From positions 183,924 through 203,923 of the forward strand of contig JBEWZL010000175.1 in assembly GCA_045837725.1 (NCBI GenBank): a DNA stretch of 20,000 nucleotides, read 5' to 3'. The position numbers and the translations under genes were made by a program. The stretch comes from Vermamoeba vermiformis (lineage: Eukaryota). Position 1 is the stretch's first letter; each line of letters starts with the position of its first letter. The notes under the pieces were generated by a model. It did not search any database. It was given only the letters and a program-made list of their open reading frames with translations, and was not told where the DNA came from. Positions 10,570 through 19,949 of this stretch are shown in pieces.

Positions 10570-10866
10570 ATTGGATCTGCGCTATATTCTATCGCTCTAC
10601 GGAAATTAATATTAATATCAATCATAGTGCACGAGGTAATATCTAATTTCAGATATTTACCAGTTTGATCAAGTGAGCCGACCGATCTAACGAACAAATC
10701 CAGATTGCGGTTACAAAGCTTCACCGACGTATTAAAGAAATACGTACAAATATATGGTATATTATACAACAAAATATAAATACTAAATTTTCAAGTTTGG
10801 GCTATTGGTTCACAACCCCTAATTTTTTTCACAACGGTAACTCCTCCACGGAGACACTTTTCCTTG

Positions 10867-10998
10867 CGCCATCTTACTCCGCACCACAGCTCAACGTAGA
10901 CACTACAACGGCCTAATACATATTTTCGAATAGAGATCTACACGAGCTCTTGCTGTATAGCGCACTGACGATGCCAAATCTCGTTCGCTAAAATGGCG
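10867..10998. promoter_or_regulatory. Probable bidirectional promoter region with an outward-facing pair of AA(A/G)ATGGCG motifs
   Basis: Lies between the divergent MUN and RING genes. CGCCATCTT at 10867-10875 and AAAATGGCG at 10990-10998 resemble the YY1-type downstream promoter motif. Function is inferred only. Confidence 0.35.
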
Positions 10999-11386
10999 GA
11001 TGTCTGTGGCTCGTTATTGGCGCACCTGTAGACTGCATTTTTTCGTGCAATGTAATCAATGCATATGAACCACACTTGCGCTGGTGTTTTCTGGCTTGAA
11101 ATATGATGTGGCTATTTGCTCGCGGTAAGTTGATCGGATTGCGGTCCTAAAAATACTTTGCCACCCTGCCAATCTCGTGCTACACGTTATTTCCTATTTA
11201 TTTTATGCTAAATTATTACATGGTCACAAAAGCAAGCATCGCTATTTGGCGGGCTGATAAAGCTGCTGCAAAAATTTTTTGAGGTTCATTTTTTGTATTT
11301 AGCTGTAAGATTAACCATGTGTATTTGTAAATAACGATTTTGTATTATTTGATATTATATTTTTGTAGAATAGACTAGCGGATAAA

Positions 11387-13155
11387 ATGAGTTCAAGTAA
11401 GTCAAGCCCTGATGAGATTTTACGTGATGCAAATTAACGTACTTTTGTCAGAAACTATTACTATAGAGTGTCCCATATGTACCAAAACGCTTAGTTTTGA
11501 TAAAGAATACGAGGCTGACGGGTAAAATAGGCCACAGAATAAACATCCAATATTTAACTAAATCTCAAAAAAATAGGCATATTGACGAGTGTTTAACCCG
11601 TCAATTAATAGATGAAGAGCATAGTTTACGCGAAAGTCAAAATGTCGAAACAATTAAGGCGATAGCTTCTATTACAGGCACCCAAGGGTAATAATTAGTT
11701 TGAAAATCCACATCAAACAAACTGGAATTCCTCTTCAGCCCTGCCCTTTATTTTCATGTATTATTATTCTAACATATTTTTGTGCACAGATTTTCCTTTC
11801 CAATTACGTGCCCCTATGCTGGATGCAACCAAGCAGTAGATTTTGGAGCCTATTATCAACACGTTATTTCTGCGCATAGTGCAGCCCCACATCATCGATA
11901 TGCGTGCCCAATGTGCGCGATACAATCAGTAAGTACCATAATATATTTAACGCTGGGCCAGTTGGGCGTTGTGTCAAGTCTTGCGCGCGATCAAGAACGC
12001 TTAAAAATTTGAATATACCGCAAATAGCATATCGGTTATGGTGTTGTCTTATTGCGCGTTGAAATTCGCTACGATTAAGGGATAGGTGAATGCAAAGAAT
12101 TTCTAGGAAATCTTTGTTCGTTGATCCGAATCCAGAGCATGTAGCAATATCGCGTTTTAATTTTTTTTTATTATATATTCATATTTGCACGTAATAACTG
12201 ATTTTTTTCTGTATTTTTAGGACGCGGTCTATCAACGTGAACGAAAACACTAATCTTTATCAACACTTGCAAATGTTCCACGCCACTGGCTTTAATAATG
12301 CGGGCCTAGTACAGCGGTCAATGCCCCTGCCTCGGCAAGACGTGTTTAGTGAAGAAGAATACAGCAGCGTTGACGATGAAGACATGGAAGAAATGAATTC
12401 GGAAGACGACGGTGGACTCGAAGAGAGTTACGAGGAGGAAGAGGACGGCAATGTGAATAATAACGTTATATTTGCACAGAATAGGCGCTTGAGTATGAGT
12501 GGTATGCTCGAGAGTCCTATTCAAATCAGGTCTGTTCCGATCGGCATCCAGCAAGTCACGCGATCCAACTCGCAACCAAATTCTCAACCGAGGCGTATGT
12601 CATTGGTCAACTCACCGCCACTGTCGTTTGGATTAATGGGACGACCTGAATATGCAGGTATGTTCACTACTCTCAATTCGGCATATGCAGCATTGAGTGG
12701 ATCCACTGAGATCCTGCAGCGGACCACACATCACTTTCTTTTACTTAGACATATTGTTTATGCTATTGCCACGATTATTTTCTCTTAGTTTTATTTATGA
12801 CAGTTTTATCTGATACTAACGTTAATTTTGTTTGACAGTGTCAACTTTTGAGACGGATTCGAAACTCGAGTGCAGCATCTGCTATTGTGAATTTGTAAAG
12901 GGCAGCGTATCTGCACGACTAAGTTGCTTGTGTCTGTATCATAAGGAGTGTATAGGTACGTACCGCTTAACATCTTATTTGTCCAGCACGATCAGCCTGA
13001 TCCAAACAACCAATATTTGCAACGATATTAGCAGCATCTGCTAGCGTGAAATAATAATATAAGTAACTAATACTTGCTGTGCTTCAGATAATTGGTTCTC
13101 ACGCAAGCAGTCGAACAAATGTCCGTACCATCAGGACGCAACACCGAAGTCTTAA
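11387..13155 (+). CDS. Zinc-finger/RING E3 ubiquitin ligase (UBZ4-type finger, Di19-type C2H2 pair, acidic linker, ZNRF1/2/Pib1-type RING), about 318 aa
   Basis: Exons 11387-11396, 11452-11521, 11577-11687, 11790-11928, 12221-12657, 12839-12955, 13088-13155. Motifs: ECPICTKTLSFDKEYEADGHIDECL; CPYAGC...HVISAH and CPMC...NLYQHLQMFH; ECSICYCEFVKGSVSARLSCLCLYHKECIDNWFSRKQSNKCPYH. The 11928/12221 junction is out of phase (see findings). Confidence 0.82.
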
Positions 13156-13556
13156 CAAGAGGTGCCTGTGATATACATGTAAATTTGTTATTTGTAATAA
13201 ATTAATAATTTATTTTATCAAGTGAGGAGCCTGCGGTTGGTGAGAGAGCTGGGCCGAGATGTGACGTTATGGATGCGATTTATCGCTAACTTTTCAGCCG
13301 GATCTGCCAAGTAAGATTGCAATTCCTTCTTATCGGGTAAATTACTTTAAATGAGGTTAAATCGATCGTTTGGTATTCAATCATCTTCCGGAGATGCTCC
13401 GGTAAATTGAGCGCCAATCAAACGATTTCGCGCCTTGTTAACGAACACAAATTTGATTCTGGTAGAGCATAATCAACATTCAATAATACAGTATGATATT
13501 GATCTTGTAAGACTTTAGTGTTAAGTCACATGCTAAGACCCGAAAACTATTTTTAG

Positions 13557-13703
13557 CTGGATCCACTAAATTCGAGTTTAATGAAGTCCAAGAGTTGTTC
13601 CGGATTGCCACCGGCCAGTCAAGATAGCAATACATATTGCTATAGACATATCTTCAAGAAAAATTCTTCGGAGAGTTAATGTCAGCGAATTTAGTGGATC
13701 CAG
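13557..13703. repeat. 147-bp segment with perfect 18-bp terminal inverted repeats (MITE/foldback candidate)
   Basis: CTGGATCCACTAAATTCG (13557-13574) and CGAATTTAGTGGATCCAG (13686-13703), plus a near-central 9-bp inverted repeat ATAGCAATA-ca-TATTGCTAT (13624-13643). No clear target-site duplication. Confidence 0.65.
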
Positions 13704-14060
13704 TTGTCAATCACTCGCGGATCCTTCGATCGTCGAGAGGTAGCTGAGTGGAAATATGGAGTATTAAGAGTATGTAAGTGTCAGTTTTATGTCATAAAAT
13801 CATAATTTGCCTTACAAAGGTGAAAATTCCGCAGCGCATTTTTGGCTTTTATCGCGATTTGGATAATTTGAAAGCGTCTCGCGTGAAAAAAATTTGAAAA
13901 CGAATATGTCAGTTTATACTTTACTAACGCGATCGTGCACCACAGCTGAGCACCAATTGTTGCGCTTCTCCGACAAATTTTTGACGGATTTGGTACGTAA
14001 GAATTATTGCAATATCAAGAGGCCTTACTAACTGTTCTTTTGGTAAATTCAGGTATAACG

Positions 14061-16762
14061 ATGCTCAAGATAACTTATATAAGCGTTTTAGTGCTATTAT
14101 TGCACTCCACTTGCGTATCTGGCGTTTTGCGGATAGCATCCGTTCAAGCACTCAATAATATTCCTCCAAGCTTATCTGCGGCCTTAATATATCGCGATGG
14201 CGAAGTACTATGGGAAGAAATGATTAATCAGAGAGGAGGACTGCTTATTAACGGGACTCGACATCTCGTAGAAATAGTTTCCGTGGATGTGGGAGCTCCA
14301 ACAATTGAAGAAATAACTCAAAATATTATCAAGGCTATAGAAGCGATCGCCAATGGCACTTATGGCGAGATCCACGCAACATTCGCTCCTCTTACTTCAG
14401 TTCTGACAGAGACTCATGCGATCGAAACTGAAAAGCATAACATTTTAACCTGTGCTTCAAGTAAGTAAGCCTATACACATATTATTGGTATTATACGGAA
14501 AACAAACAAAGCACGTTTTCGTAAATTTTGATTTGGCATAAAGGTCCGTTAGTTACGAATTTATTGCCCAATTTGGCAAATTTATCTCCGGAGTACAAAT
14601 CGATGACCGAAAAATCATTGTGTTATATACCAAAATGCAATAACAGTAATAGATCCAATTAAAGCATGTTTTTAGTGCAGGTCTAATAGCTCTTTGATTA
14701 ACATTTTCTTTTAGGCGGATCTTCTCCTTCGTTGTTTCAATGTGACAATGACCTTCTTGCACCGTGCAAAGCTGCTCGGAATAGAAGGTTTGAATACTTG
14801 TTTGGAACTTCATTGAGCGCTGCCGCAGAATTTCCTCCCGCGATCTCATTGGCTCGAGTCAAAGGTGCCAAAACTATCGGGTTCTTCCGCGAAGCAGGCC
14901 AAAACGACATTTTCTTCAAAGGAATGCGCAAAGGCACTCTAGACGCAGCTGCAGATAACAAACTTGAAGTGGTTATGGATACGACCGTGCCATTTAGCTT
15001 CAATCTTAGCGACGAGAGTATCAACGATATGAAGCAACTTATACGTCAACTAGAAGTAATCAAGCCAGATTTAGTCGCTGGATCTGTGTTCGAGGTCGGC
15101 TGTCACGCTTTTGTGAAAGCGATGCGAGCCATGAATTACACCGCACCGACCGTGTTACTGTCAGAATGTGTCACGGACGTGCCCGTGTTCCAGGAAGTAT
15201 TAGGAGAAGACGGAAGATACATCACTGGCAGCGCGGTATGGGACCATAGACTGACCGGTCGGATCTTCAACGAAGACGGAACGAGTTCACTTCACTTCTT
15301 TCCAACTACAGTAAGGCACTATACATTATTATAACATAGTCTTATAAGATATTTTCAGGACACTACAGCCAGTGCTCAACTTTTTTATGAAAAGTTTCAA
15401 CAACGATTTGGATACAAGCCAAGTTACCACGCCGCATGTCAATTTGCATGCGGATTAGCAGTTCAAGCAGGGGCGGAATATTCCAATTCACTGAACCCCG
15501 AGGACATCCGTGGCATGATGAACAGAGTCAACGAAGCAACTTTTTATGGTCAATTGCAGTTCAATCCGTTCGGTCAGATCGTGGACACGGGTCTCGGTGC
15601 GACATTGCAATTCACCGTAGAGAACGAGAACGTGATTGTGTTGCCTATAGCAGCTGCTGCAAGCGATCTGGTCTATCCAATGCCTACTTGGGACGAACGC
15701 GTTGAAGTCGTGAGTTGGTACACCGAACCAGCAGTCCTAGGCATCGTCATCGTAGCTGGAATAGGCGTATTATTATGCTTCGCATTGATGATTTTATTCG
15801 CGTGTTGGCGCGACAGACCTCAAATCATAGCGTCATCGTTGCTCTTCGTGGAATTGATCATCCTTGGCGCAGCAATGATGTACGCCTCGCTGTTCTTTTG
15901 GACGCTAGAAACAACCACGGCAATGTGCAATTTGAAGTATTGGCTCGCGGGTGTTGGATTCGTGCTCCTGTTCAGTGCGCTGTTGACGAAGACATGGCGC
16001 GTCTGGAGAATTTTTCACGAACGAAGTTTGAAAATGATCAAATTGACCAATAGCTATTTACTCAAGATTATGGCAGTCGCATTGGGTATAGAAATCGTTG
16101 TTTTGACGATTTGGTCGGCAGTTTTCACACCGCAAGCAGAGACGGTTGTTGTGGATATCAACAGACCTCTTCTCGATTACAGAACATGCAGCAGCACTGG
16201 TTCACTGCCATTTGCAATCATATTGATAGTATACAAAGCGTTCTTAATTGTTGCTGGTGTCGTACTGGGATTTTGGTCGAGGAAGATCCGCAGCGAATAC
16301 AACGAATCAAAGTTCATATTGATAGCAATGTACAACATCACCTTTTCAGCGTTAATATTGCTAGTATTATTTGCGATTCAACTCAACGACAGATACATCG
16401 ACTTTTTGATCAGATCCATTGCCATACTTTGGGGCGTCACAGCAACGCTTTGTATCTTATTGATACCCAAGATTTATTATGTAGCCACCGGCTCCAAGGA
16501 CCCTACGAAGAGACGCGGTGTTTGGAGTGCTGGTATTACTCCAGCAGGGTCGTCAAGTCTGCCCGATAGTTTGGATGCGCTTCAAGAACAACTCGAACTT
16601 TTATCGAAAAAAGAGCAAGTTATTCGCGAAAAAATCGTAGAATTGAAAGCTAGTGATAGGAGGAATAGAGCTGAACGATCTGCGAACGAATCCAAAAATA
16701 GTTACAAGGCAACCGAAGAACGAACAGGAAATTCATCGAAAGCTTCTAGGGAAGAAGTTTAG
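14061..16762 (+). CDS. Class C GPCR (GABA-B/Dictyostelium Grl-like) with periplasmic-binding-protein type 1 ectodomain, 799 aa, 3 exons
   Basis: Exons 14061-14460, 14715-15310 and 15359-16762 (2400 nt, phases consistent). Signal peptide MLKITYISVLVLLLHSTCVSG. 7tm_3 hallmarks: IIASSLLFVELIILG, C...W...GFVLLFSALLTKTWRVWRIF, RKIRSEYNESKFILIAMYN, LLIPKIY. C-terminal coiled-coil-like LDALQEQLELLSKKEQVIREKIVELK. Confidence 0.93.
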
Positions 16763-17091
16763 TATAGAATTGAAGTATAGAAAATATTGTAAATTAGTTT
16801 TAAAGTAAAGATTTTTAAATTTTTTGACGAATCCAGATCTAAGTGTCAATCCAGTTCGACAGCGTTTTAGACCTAAAAATGGTTAAGTGTTCTTCGCAAC
16901 AATGTGCTATTAAAACTTTCGGCTCGAATGGAGTACAATGATTGTAAAAAGGAATCTTCGTATTTGCGCAGTTGCGTTTTTAATTCGCGTTATTTTCTGT
17001 GCACATTAAACAACAAAAGATTCGATTCATTCAACACCATAATTATTATTATGGACCGATAGAAATAATACTAGTAAAAATAGCTTAAATA

Positions 17092-17456
17092 ATGTTTAAA
17101 CAATCGTCGCCGAAAGCAAAGAAGATTGCGTTATCTCTGCTTTGCATAGGGATTGCCTTTATCATTACTGGCATCATATTGCTCGCAGTAGCATATGGAG
17201 TTTACAATAACCAGGGAAATCAAGGTAATATTTGAAGCAATTCCAAATTTAAAATGCAATTGACAGATCCGACCCGAAAAATGTTGTCAAAGCGTTACGA
17301 ACGCCGTCTTGATTTTCAATCATACTATTTAAATTATAATTAATTAAATACGTATTTATTACAGTGGCTTTCATCGTACCAGGAGCGATTCTTTTGGGAT
17401 TTGGCGGCCTGGCATTGGCAGGAGGAATTTTTGTCTCTTTAATCCCGCGAATATAG
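17092..17456 (+). CDS. Small two-transmembrane-helix protein, 74 aa, 2 exons (absent from the ORF track)
   Basis: Exons 17092-17224 and 17365-17456 with a phase-1 GTAATA...ACAG intron. Product: MFKQSSPKAKKIALSLLCIGIAFIITGIILLAVAYGVYNNQGNQVAFIVPGAILLGFGGLALAGGIFVSLIPRI. The exons are GC-richer than the flanks. Confidence 0.72.
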
Positions 17457-17662
17457 TGTATTTATAGTGTAAAATAATTAAAGAATAAGGTCACTGCTGA
17501 CGTCTCCTGTCCTGGTAACGAGAAGGAGGTAACCATTAATTTTTGCAAGCGCCAGTTATGCTTTTGATTAATGCGAAAGCCACCATTCTACAATAGGATT
17601 TAGTCAACAATAATATAACATTGGGTGGCGGAGGAAAACGAGCAACTGGGAGGGCATCAAGT

Positions 17663-17969
17663 ATGGATCAGTTCGACTTCATATCGATCCCTGTCTGTGT
17701 TAATAGTGGTTGGAATATTATTACTCGTCATAGCTTATGGAAATGTTAATTTTCACCTCCTTACTAATAAGGTAATTTTAATCTGAAACCGAGTCGGAGA
17801 TCGTGTATTATTTTTTAAATAATTATTTTGGAAATTCTATTTGCGCAAAAAAACAAGGCCAAATTATATGGTCGTATAATTAAATCCGTAATTTTCTAAC
17901 CATTATTAGCCAGTTTATAAATTCTGGCGGTAGAAGTTTGTAGCAGCAGCAATTTTCTCTGAAACATTA
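17663..17969 (+). pseudogene. Degenerate tandem paralogue of the 74-aa membrane protein gene
   Basis: 17691-17771 encodes LSVLIVVGILLLVIAYGNVNFHLLTNK, matching IITGIILLAVAYG (22/30 nt identical over the G...AYG block). A similarly placed 138-nt intron (17772-17909, CTAAC branch) compares with 140 nt in the intact copy. The ATG at 17663 is out of frame and exon 2 has stops or frameshifts. Confidence 0.5.
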
Positions 17970-17970
17970 G

Positions 17971-18021
17971 AGTGAGTCTCCGATTTTGTCCCAAACCCCC
18001 AATTTTGTCCCAAACGATTTT
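17971..18021. repeat. Left terminal inverted repeat of the pogo-like element
   Basis: AGTGAGTCTCCGATTTTGTCCCAAACCCCCAATTTTGTCCCAAACGATTTT, containing two direct copies of ATTTTGTCCCAAAC (17983-17996, 18002-18015). Confidence 0.93.
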
Positions 18022-18120
18022 GGACTAAAATTTAACAATAATTTATTATAATACTTATTTAATGAAGTGATTTCAATACAAATAGATAAATAATAAGTGA
18101 ATACTTGAATTACAGTTGAT

Positions 18121-19833
18121 TTAATCGTGCAATTCGCCTTCATCACTGGCCAGATCGGATCTTTCTTCGCTCAGATCAGATCCGCATTCAGCAGCATGCT
18201 CATCATGAATATCTCGTTTTTGACACTTCTTGCATACTTGATAGCTATTACATGAGGTGCAGACCCAAAATTTGTGCTTCTTGGTATATATACAACGGCA
18301 AGGTGAGCATGTCCTACTAATCACATCACTCTGTTTGTCAAGTTTGTGTCGCTTGACGAGCTCTTGTCGCTCTTCTTTCTCCTCTTCTCTCTTTCTCTTC
18401 TTGTCCTCTCTTTCTTTCTTCGCAAGTTCTTTAGCCTCCTTCTCTTTCAGTGCTTTTTCCTCCTTCTCACGGGCATAGATCACCAACTGCTGGCCAGTCA
18501 CCAATTTATTCCGCTCATTGGCACGTACTCGTTTGATAGGAGTCTTGGTTTGATTAGGTATCAAGGCCTCCTTAAGTATCAGTGCCATAGCTTTAACTTC
18601 TTCACCTTCACTGGTGTGCAGTTGAGGTTTTGTGTCGAACATGTACATGTTCTGAAATTTCTTGCTGATAAGTGCACTATCGAATGGCCAAATGCCTGTA
18701 TGTCGAAATCCTGCCTTAATGACCTCTTTATCAAATATATTGGACTTCTCCTCCGTGATAATGTCTTCAATAACAGAGTGCAGGGTCTCTCCAGTGAGGA
18801 GCCGTCGCATTCTTTCAAGGTCTCTCTTGACACGCATCTTGCGTTTGAACGAGCCAAAAATCACGTCGTCAAGAGGTTGAAGCAAATGAGTTGTATGTGC
18901 TGGTAGGTACAGGGGCTGTATATCAGAATCTAATAGCAAGTTGATGCTGGTCAACTCCAGGTGGGTGGAGTGGCGGTCAAGAAGTAAAAGAGCTGGTTGT
19001 CCTTGCTTGAACGCTGAAAGTCGCTCCACGAGTCGCGCTATTATTTGCTTCCACAACTCATTTGTAATAAAGCCATTAGCTGTTGTGGCATAATAAGTTG
19101 GTATAGTGCTGCGAGTATATCTCAGCTCTGTAGTGACGGGAATCGAATTCTTCTTTTCGTTGCCATTTTGTGACATGTCCTTGTAGATGAGCACTATCAT
19201 CCAAACACGACCAGATGCTGCAACGAATGGAAGTATAGTGCGTAGATGACTCTTGGGAGTACTCAATCTACCCTGCTTTTTCGAATTTGCACTCGTTAGA
19301 ATCTTCGAACTTTCTCCGTCAGTAAATTTACAGGGAGATTCGTCAGCATTGATGATGAAGTCGTCCGTGTAACTTTTCTCTTCTAGTAGCCTCTTGTATT
19401 CTTTCACAAATGACTCAATAATATCAATAGTGACAGAATTGACACGTCCCATGTCGAGGTCTTTACCAAACGCGTGAGAGATGTGATCTGAATTGCGGAT
19501 CAGAAAATTGCTAAACCAGTGATCGCCTCGCCAGTCTTCAGGGAGCTCAAATATCTTACGTACAAAACTAATGAATACACTTCTCGACAGAGCTATTCCG
19601 CTTGCTGAAAAAGCTAAAATGATGCTGCATAGTCTTTTTTCTTGCTGATCGGTGAGCATCTGATTTCCATGTTTCTTCTCTTTATTCTTTTGAGCCCGCT
19701 GGTAGGCTTTGCGAAGTGTTTCGAATTTATTGGGACTATTCCGCGTCAAATCGCGAATAATTTCGCTAATTGTCTCGCCGTTTTCTGAAATCCGTTGATT
19801 GATCTCATGAATTTCGTTTTCATACTTCGCCAT
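18121..19833 (-). CDS. pogo-like transposase (CENP-B-type HTH + DDE_1 + C-terminal Cys-rich finger), 570 aa, intronless
   Basis: HTH region LTDQQEKRL...GDHWFSNFLIRN. Catalytic motifs IINADES, LLLLDRHSTH and LPAHTTHLLQPLD, with 35 residues between the 2nd and 3rd Asp. KE-rich coil, then CSPC...CTSC...CKKC...H...H...C. Confidence 0.95.
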   Translation of the reverse strand: MAKYENEIHEINQRISENGETISEIIRDLTRNSPNKFETLRKAYQRAQKNKEKKHGNQMLTDQQEKRLCSIILAFSASGIALSRSVFISFVRKIFELPEDWRGDHWFSNFLIRNSDHISHAFGKDLDMGRVNSVTIDIIESFVKEYKRLLEEKSYTDDFIINADESPCKFTDGESSKILTSANSKKQGRLSTPKSHLRTILPFVAASGRVWMIVLIYKDMSQNGNEKKNSIPVTTELRYTRSTIPTYYATTANGFITNELWKQIIARLVERLSAFKQGQPALLLLDRHSTHLELTSINLLLDSDIQPLYLPAHTTHLLQPLDDVIFGSFKRKMRVKRDLERMRRLLTGETLHSVIEDIITEEKSNIFDKEVIKAGFRHTGIWPFDSALISKKFQNMYMFDTKPQLHTSEGEEVKAMALILKEALIPNQTKTPIKRVRANERNKLVTGQQLVIYAREKEEKALKEKEAKELAKKEREDKKRKREEEKEERQELVKRHKLDKQSDVISRTCSPCRCIYTKKHKFWVCTSCNSYQVCKKCQKRDIHDEHAAECGSDLSEERSDLASDEGELHD

Positions 19834-19949
19834 TACTGGTCAGAAAAATTATAAATAAAATCAATACTATTGAACAACAAGCTGTCGTGTTCGTGTGCGA
19901 AGCAACTTATTGAATGCCATTGGTAAAATAATTTGCGAAATTACGCAAA

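Noticed and set aside
10434..10772. Overlapping ORFs 10434-10646 (+), 10461-10772 (-) and 10477-10668 (+)
   Set aside because: They run through predicted intron and leader sequence, have atypical composition and lack motifs.
13217..13500. Minus-strand protein-like fragments, including a SOCS-box-like string (SNLCSLTRREIV*LALNLPEHLRKMIEY) and NLPDKKELQSYLADPAEKLAINR
   Set aside because: Interrupted by stops, and no consistent start or splice path could be built. It might be a decayed pseudogene but cannot be supported without a search.
14553..16569. Alternative-frame and antisense ORFs overlapping the GPCR
   Set aside because: Explained as shadows of the GPCR coding exons.
18257..18906. ORFs overlapping the transposase, including the 186-aa + strand ORF 18346-18906
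   Set aside because: Antisense or off-frame products of the KE-rich and catalytic regions; the hydrophobic look derives from the complementary purine runs.
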